From the NCBI GenBank assembly GCA_963783385.1, contig CAWANJ010000009.1, forward strand, positions 384,001 through 448,000: 64,000 nt of DNA. The letters are read 5' to 3'. The first letter of the stretch is position 1. Each line of letters begins with the position of its first letter. Of the stretch, positions 61,547-64,000 are shown piece by piece. Both the position numbers and the translations under genes were made by a program. This stretch comes from an uncultured Gemmatimonadales bacterium (GTDB lineage: Bacteria; Gemmatimonadota; Gemmatimonadetes; Palauibacterales; Palauibacteraceae). The notes under the pieces are model-generated. The model was given only the letters and a program-made list of their open reading frames with translations, was not told where the DNA came from and searched no databases.

Positions 61547-62703
61547 GGATCACCTCCGATTCCGGATGTCTCCCGGTGCTCGGGCGCGTCGCCGGGCCAG
61601 GCGTCCGGGCTCCGCCGCAGCGCCGCGACCTCCTCCGTCAGGTCGATGCCCACCGGGCACCAGGTGATGCACCGGCCGCAGCCCACGCACCCCGAGCTGC
61701 CGAATTGATCGAACCAGGTTCCGAGCTTGTGGGTCAGCCACTGCCGGTACCGGGACGCGGCCGACTGGCGGACGCTGCCGCCGTGAATGTGGGAGAAGTC
61801 GGTGTGGAAGCAGGAGTCCCAGCGTCTCCAGCGCTCGGCCACCCGGCCCGACAGGTCGCCGGTGTCCTCGACGCTGGAGCAGAAGCAGGTGGGACACACC
61901 AGGGTGCAGTTACCGCAGGTGAGGCAGCGGTCGGCTACGTCCTTCCAGCGGGGATGCTCCAGGGTCTCTGCCAGGAGTTCCCGGACGCCGTCCGTGTCCA
62001 GGGTCCTCCCCATCCGTCCGGCCGCCCGCGACACCACCGCTGCCGCCGCCGCCTCGTCGGCTGCCGATGCCTCCCGGCGGGGCAGCCGCTCGAGCACACG
62101 CTCGCCCCGGCCGGAGCCTGCCGTCACGGTGAAGTGGGAGCCGTCGGGATCCAGGATCTCGGTGAGCGCGAGGTCGTAGCCTCCGTCGACGCCCGGTCCG
62201 GCGCCCATGGACGAGCAGAAGCACGTCCCGCCGGGATCTCCGCACTGGACCGCCACCAGGAAGGCCGCCTCCCGGCGGGCCCGGTACGTGGGGTCGGCGA
62301 AGGCACCTGCCAGGAGCACCCGGTCCTGGATTCGGATCGCATGGAGCTCGCAGCCCCGGACGCCGATGAGCGCGTAGCGCGGCTCGGGCTCCTCGTCCGT
62401 ACGGAGCTCCAGTCCGTCTTCCGTCCTCCGGGCGCTCCACAGCCGCCGCTTCGGCGGATACAGGTAGCGCTTCCAGGCCTCGGGGCCGAGGGCGTAGCCG
62501 AACAGGGCCCGGTCCCCGCGTCTCTCGAGACGATAGCGGCCGCCATCCTGCTCCTCGGTCCAGCCCTCGGGGAGGTCGGAGGTCGACCGGATCGAGCCGT
62601 AGCCGATCGTTGCGTCCCGGACGGTGGGTCCGACCAGGTCGTAGCCCTCGGCCACCAGGTGGGCGAAGAGTGCGTCGAGTCCCTCGCGTTCTATGACCTG
62701 CAC
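61543..62703 (-). CDS. hydB: Group 3b hydrogenase beta subunit (4Fe-4S dicluster)
   Basis: [33 protein letters not shown]; GAGGAG RBS. Confidence 0.92.
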   Translation of the reverse strand: MQVIEREGLDALFAHLVAEGYDLVGPTVRDATIGYGSIRSTSDLPEGWTEEQDGGRYRLERRGDRALFGYALGPEAWKRYLYPPKRRLWSARRTEDGLELRTDEEPEPRYALIGVRGCELHAIRIQDRVLLAGAFADPTYRARREAAFLVAVQCGDPGGTCFCSSMGAGPGVDGGYDLALTEILDPDGSHFTVTAGSGRGERVLERLPRREASAADEAAAAAVVSRAAGRMGRTLDTDGVRELLAETLEHPRWKDVADRCLTCGNCTLVCPTCFCSSVEDTGDLSGRVAERWRRWDSCFHTDFSHIHGGSVRQSAASRYRQWLTHKLGTWFDQFGSSGCVGCGRCITWCPVGIDLTEEVAALRRSPDAWPGDAPEHRETSGIGGDP

Positions 62704-62740
62704 GTCACGCTCCTCGTGTGGCTGCCGGCAATCGTGCGGT

Positions 62741-63253
62741 TCAGGCGTCGCCGCCCGGCCCCGCCTGCGCGTGCTCCTGGAGGCGCTGTTGGATCTGCTC
62801 CATGAGCTCGAGGCAGCCATCGGTCTGGTCGGCCATGTTCCGGAAGCGCTCTTGCAGCTGCTCCATGCTGCGGTTCATGACCGGGTCGTCGCCGAAGCCG
62901 GGCTCGCCGGCCATCTGTCGCAGCTGTTCCATGCTCCGGGTCATCTGCCGGACCATGTCCCCGGTCGAGCCCAGCATGTCCTGGAGCTGCCGGTGTTGCC
63001 GCAGCTGGTCGCGGGCCTGGTCCCGCGTGCGCAGCTGGTCCATCTGCTGCGACAGTTGCCGGTCCATCTGGTGGATGCGGTCCTGGAGCTGGTCCATGCG
63101 CTGCATCGTCTGCTGCATGCTCTGCATCTGCTGCTGCATCTGCTGCTGCATCCGGCCCATCTGCTGACCGTGACCCTGCGCGAGCACGGTGCCCGGAACC
63201 ACGAGGCCGAGGCCGATGAGCAGCGCGGCGGCGAGCGTCTTCGTGCCTTTCAT
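62741..63253 (-). CDS. Exported Gln/Met-rich helical protein
   Basis: Signal peptide MKGTKTLAAALLIGLGLVVPGTVLA; MQQ repeats; RSMEQL occurs twice; GAGAGG RBS. Confidence 0.75.
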   Translation of the reverse strand: MKGTKTLAAALLIGLGLVVPGTVLAQGHGQQMGRMQQQMQQQMQSMQQTMQRMDQLQDRIHQMDRQLSQQMDQLRTRDQARDQLRQHRQLQDMLGSTGDMVRQMTRSMEQLRQMAGEPGFGDDPVMNRSMEQLQERFRNMADQTDGCLELMEQIQQRLQEHAQAGPGGDA

Positions 63254-63311
63254 GGTGAATTCCTCTCGTCGCGCGCCCCTCGGCGCGCCTGGTGGGTCGT
63301 TCGTCGGGCGC

Positions 63312-64000
63312 TCACAGCCTCGTCGTCCAACCGGCCGACACGGAGACGTCGGGGCTGGACTCGGACAGGCCGATTGTCACGCCCACGCTGAGGCTCCGGC
63401 CCTCCCCGAGCCGGTAGCCAATGGCCCCGCCCACGTCGAGCGGGGGGTCCGTTCCGGCCACGATGCGGCTGTAGCCCGACAGGGACGCCAGGAGCGAGAC
63501 CCTGTCGGCGAGCCGATGGCCGATGCCCACGGAGTAGCTCACGGGGTTCTGGAGCGGCAGGTCGGGCAGGTCGCCCAGCACCCAGTAGCCCACCTCCCCG
63601 AACAGCAGGGTCGAGCCCAGGCGACCGGCGACCGACAGGGCGCCGCCCCCGTCCCACTCCCCCGTGCCGAAGCCTCGCGCGGGGTCGGCGAGCGGCGCCT
63701 TGACCTCGCCCGAGAGCGTCACGCTGACGTCCCCGCGGCCGCGCGGGACCAGGTCGACGCTCACCCGGAGGGTCGGGTCGCCCACGCCGACCTGGTCGAA
63801 GGAAGCCGTGTCGGGCAGCGTCACGCCCGGGCGTGTCGACATGGCCCGGGGGAGCCGGGCCCCCGGCACCGGCGCGGCGCCGCCCCCGCCTGCGGCGGAG
63901 CCGGCGGCCAGCGCTCCGGCGAGGCCCCCGCGCGCGTCCATGCCCATACCCGGTCCTCCGTGCCCGCGCCGCTGCAGCGAATCCCCGACGGCTCCCCCCT
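63312..64000 (-). CDS. Outer-membrane beta-barrel (Phenol_MetA_deg/SphA-like), 5'-partial
   Basis: GVGD, KAPLAD...GFGTGEWD, amphipathic strands, GLSESSPD; frame open to the window edge. Confidence 0.65.
   Translation of the reverse strand, partial: GGAVGDSLQRRGHGGPGMGMDARGGLAGALAAGSAAGGGGAAPVPGARLPRAMSTRPGVTLPDTASFDQVGVGDPTLRVSVDLVPRGRGDVSVTLSGEVKAPLADPARGFGTGEWDGGGALSVAGRLGSTLLFGEVGYWVLGDLPDLPLQNPVSYSVGIGHRLADRVSLLASLSGYSRIVAGTDPPLDVGGAIGYRLGEGRSLSVGVTIGLSESSPDVSVSAGWTTRL

Overview
High-GC bacterial chromosomal window, almost fully coding. Gene content, synteny and the tmRNA tag ANDNLALAA suggest Gemmatimonadota (inference). Bases 1-49,200 are mostly housekeeping genes: rnz-aroA-cmk-rpsA, an LpoA-like lipoprotein, a propionyl-CoA carboxylase/methylmalonyl-CoA mutase cluster, argS, purM, ribD-ribE-ribBA-ribH-nusB, hpf-hprK-mannose-type PTS-ptsH-ptsI, metK-ahcY, recO, selB, ptsN, larB, tmRNA, greA, mlaEFD, rfaE1, tRNA-Sec, murI, lpxH and lptE. 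selB and lptE each carry a single-base frameshift, possibly an assembly error. The right end looks more accessory. It holds a mosaic tandem duplication of a CBS protein plus ArsB/NhaD permease module, an in-frame RfaE2-RdgB fusion, mscS ending in an AT-rich palindromic patch, a leaderless pilin-like gene and tRNA-Pro. After tRNA-Pro come a decayed multiheme cytochrome c and a group 3b [NiFe]-hydrogenase operon with an embedded cNMP-binding protein, preceded by a Gln/Met-rich exported protein and a beta-barrel. No CRISPR array, transposase or integrase was seen. All calls come from motif recognition by eye; no database searches were run.
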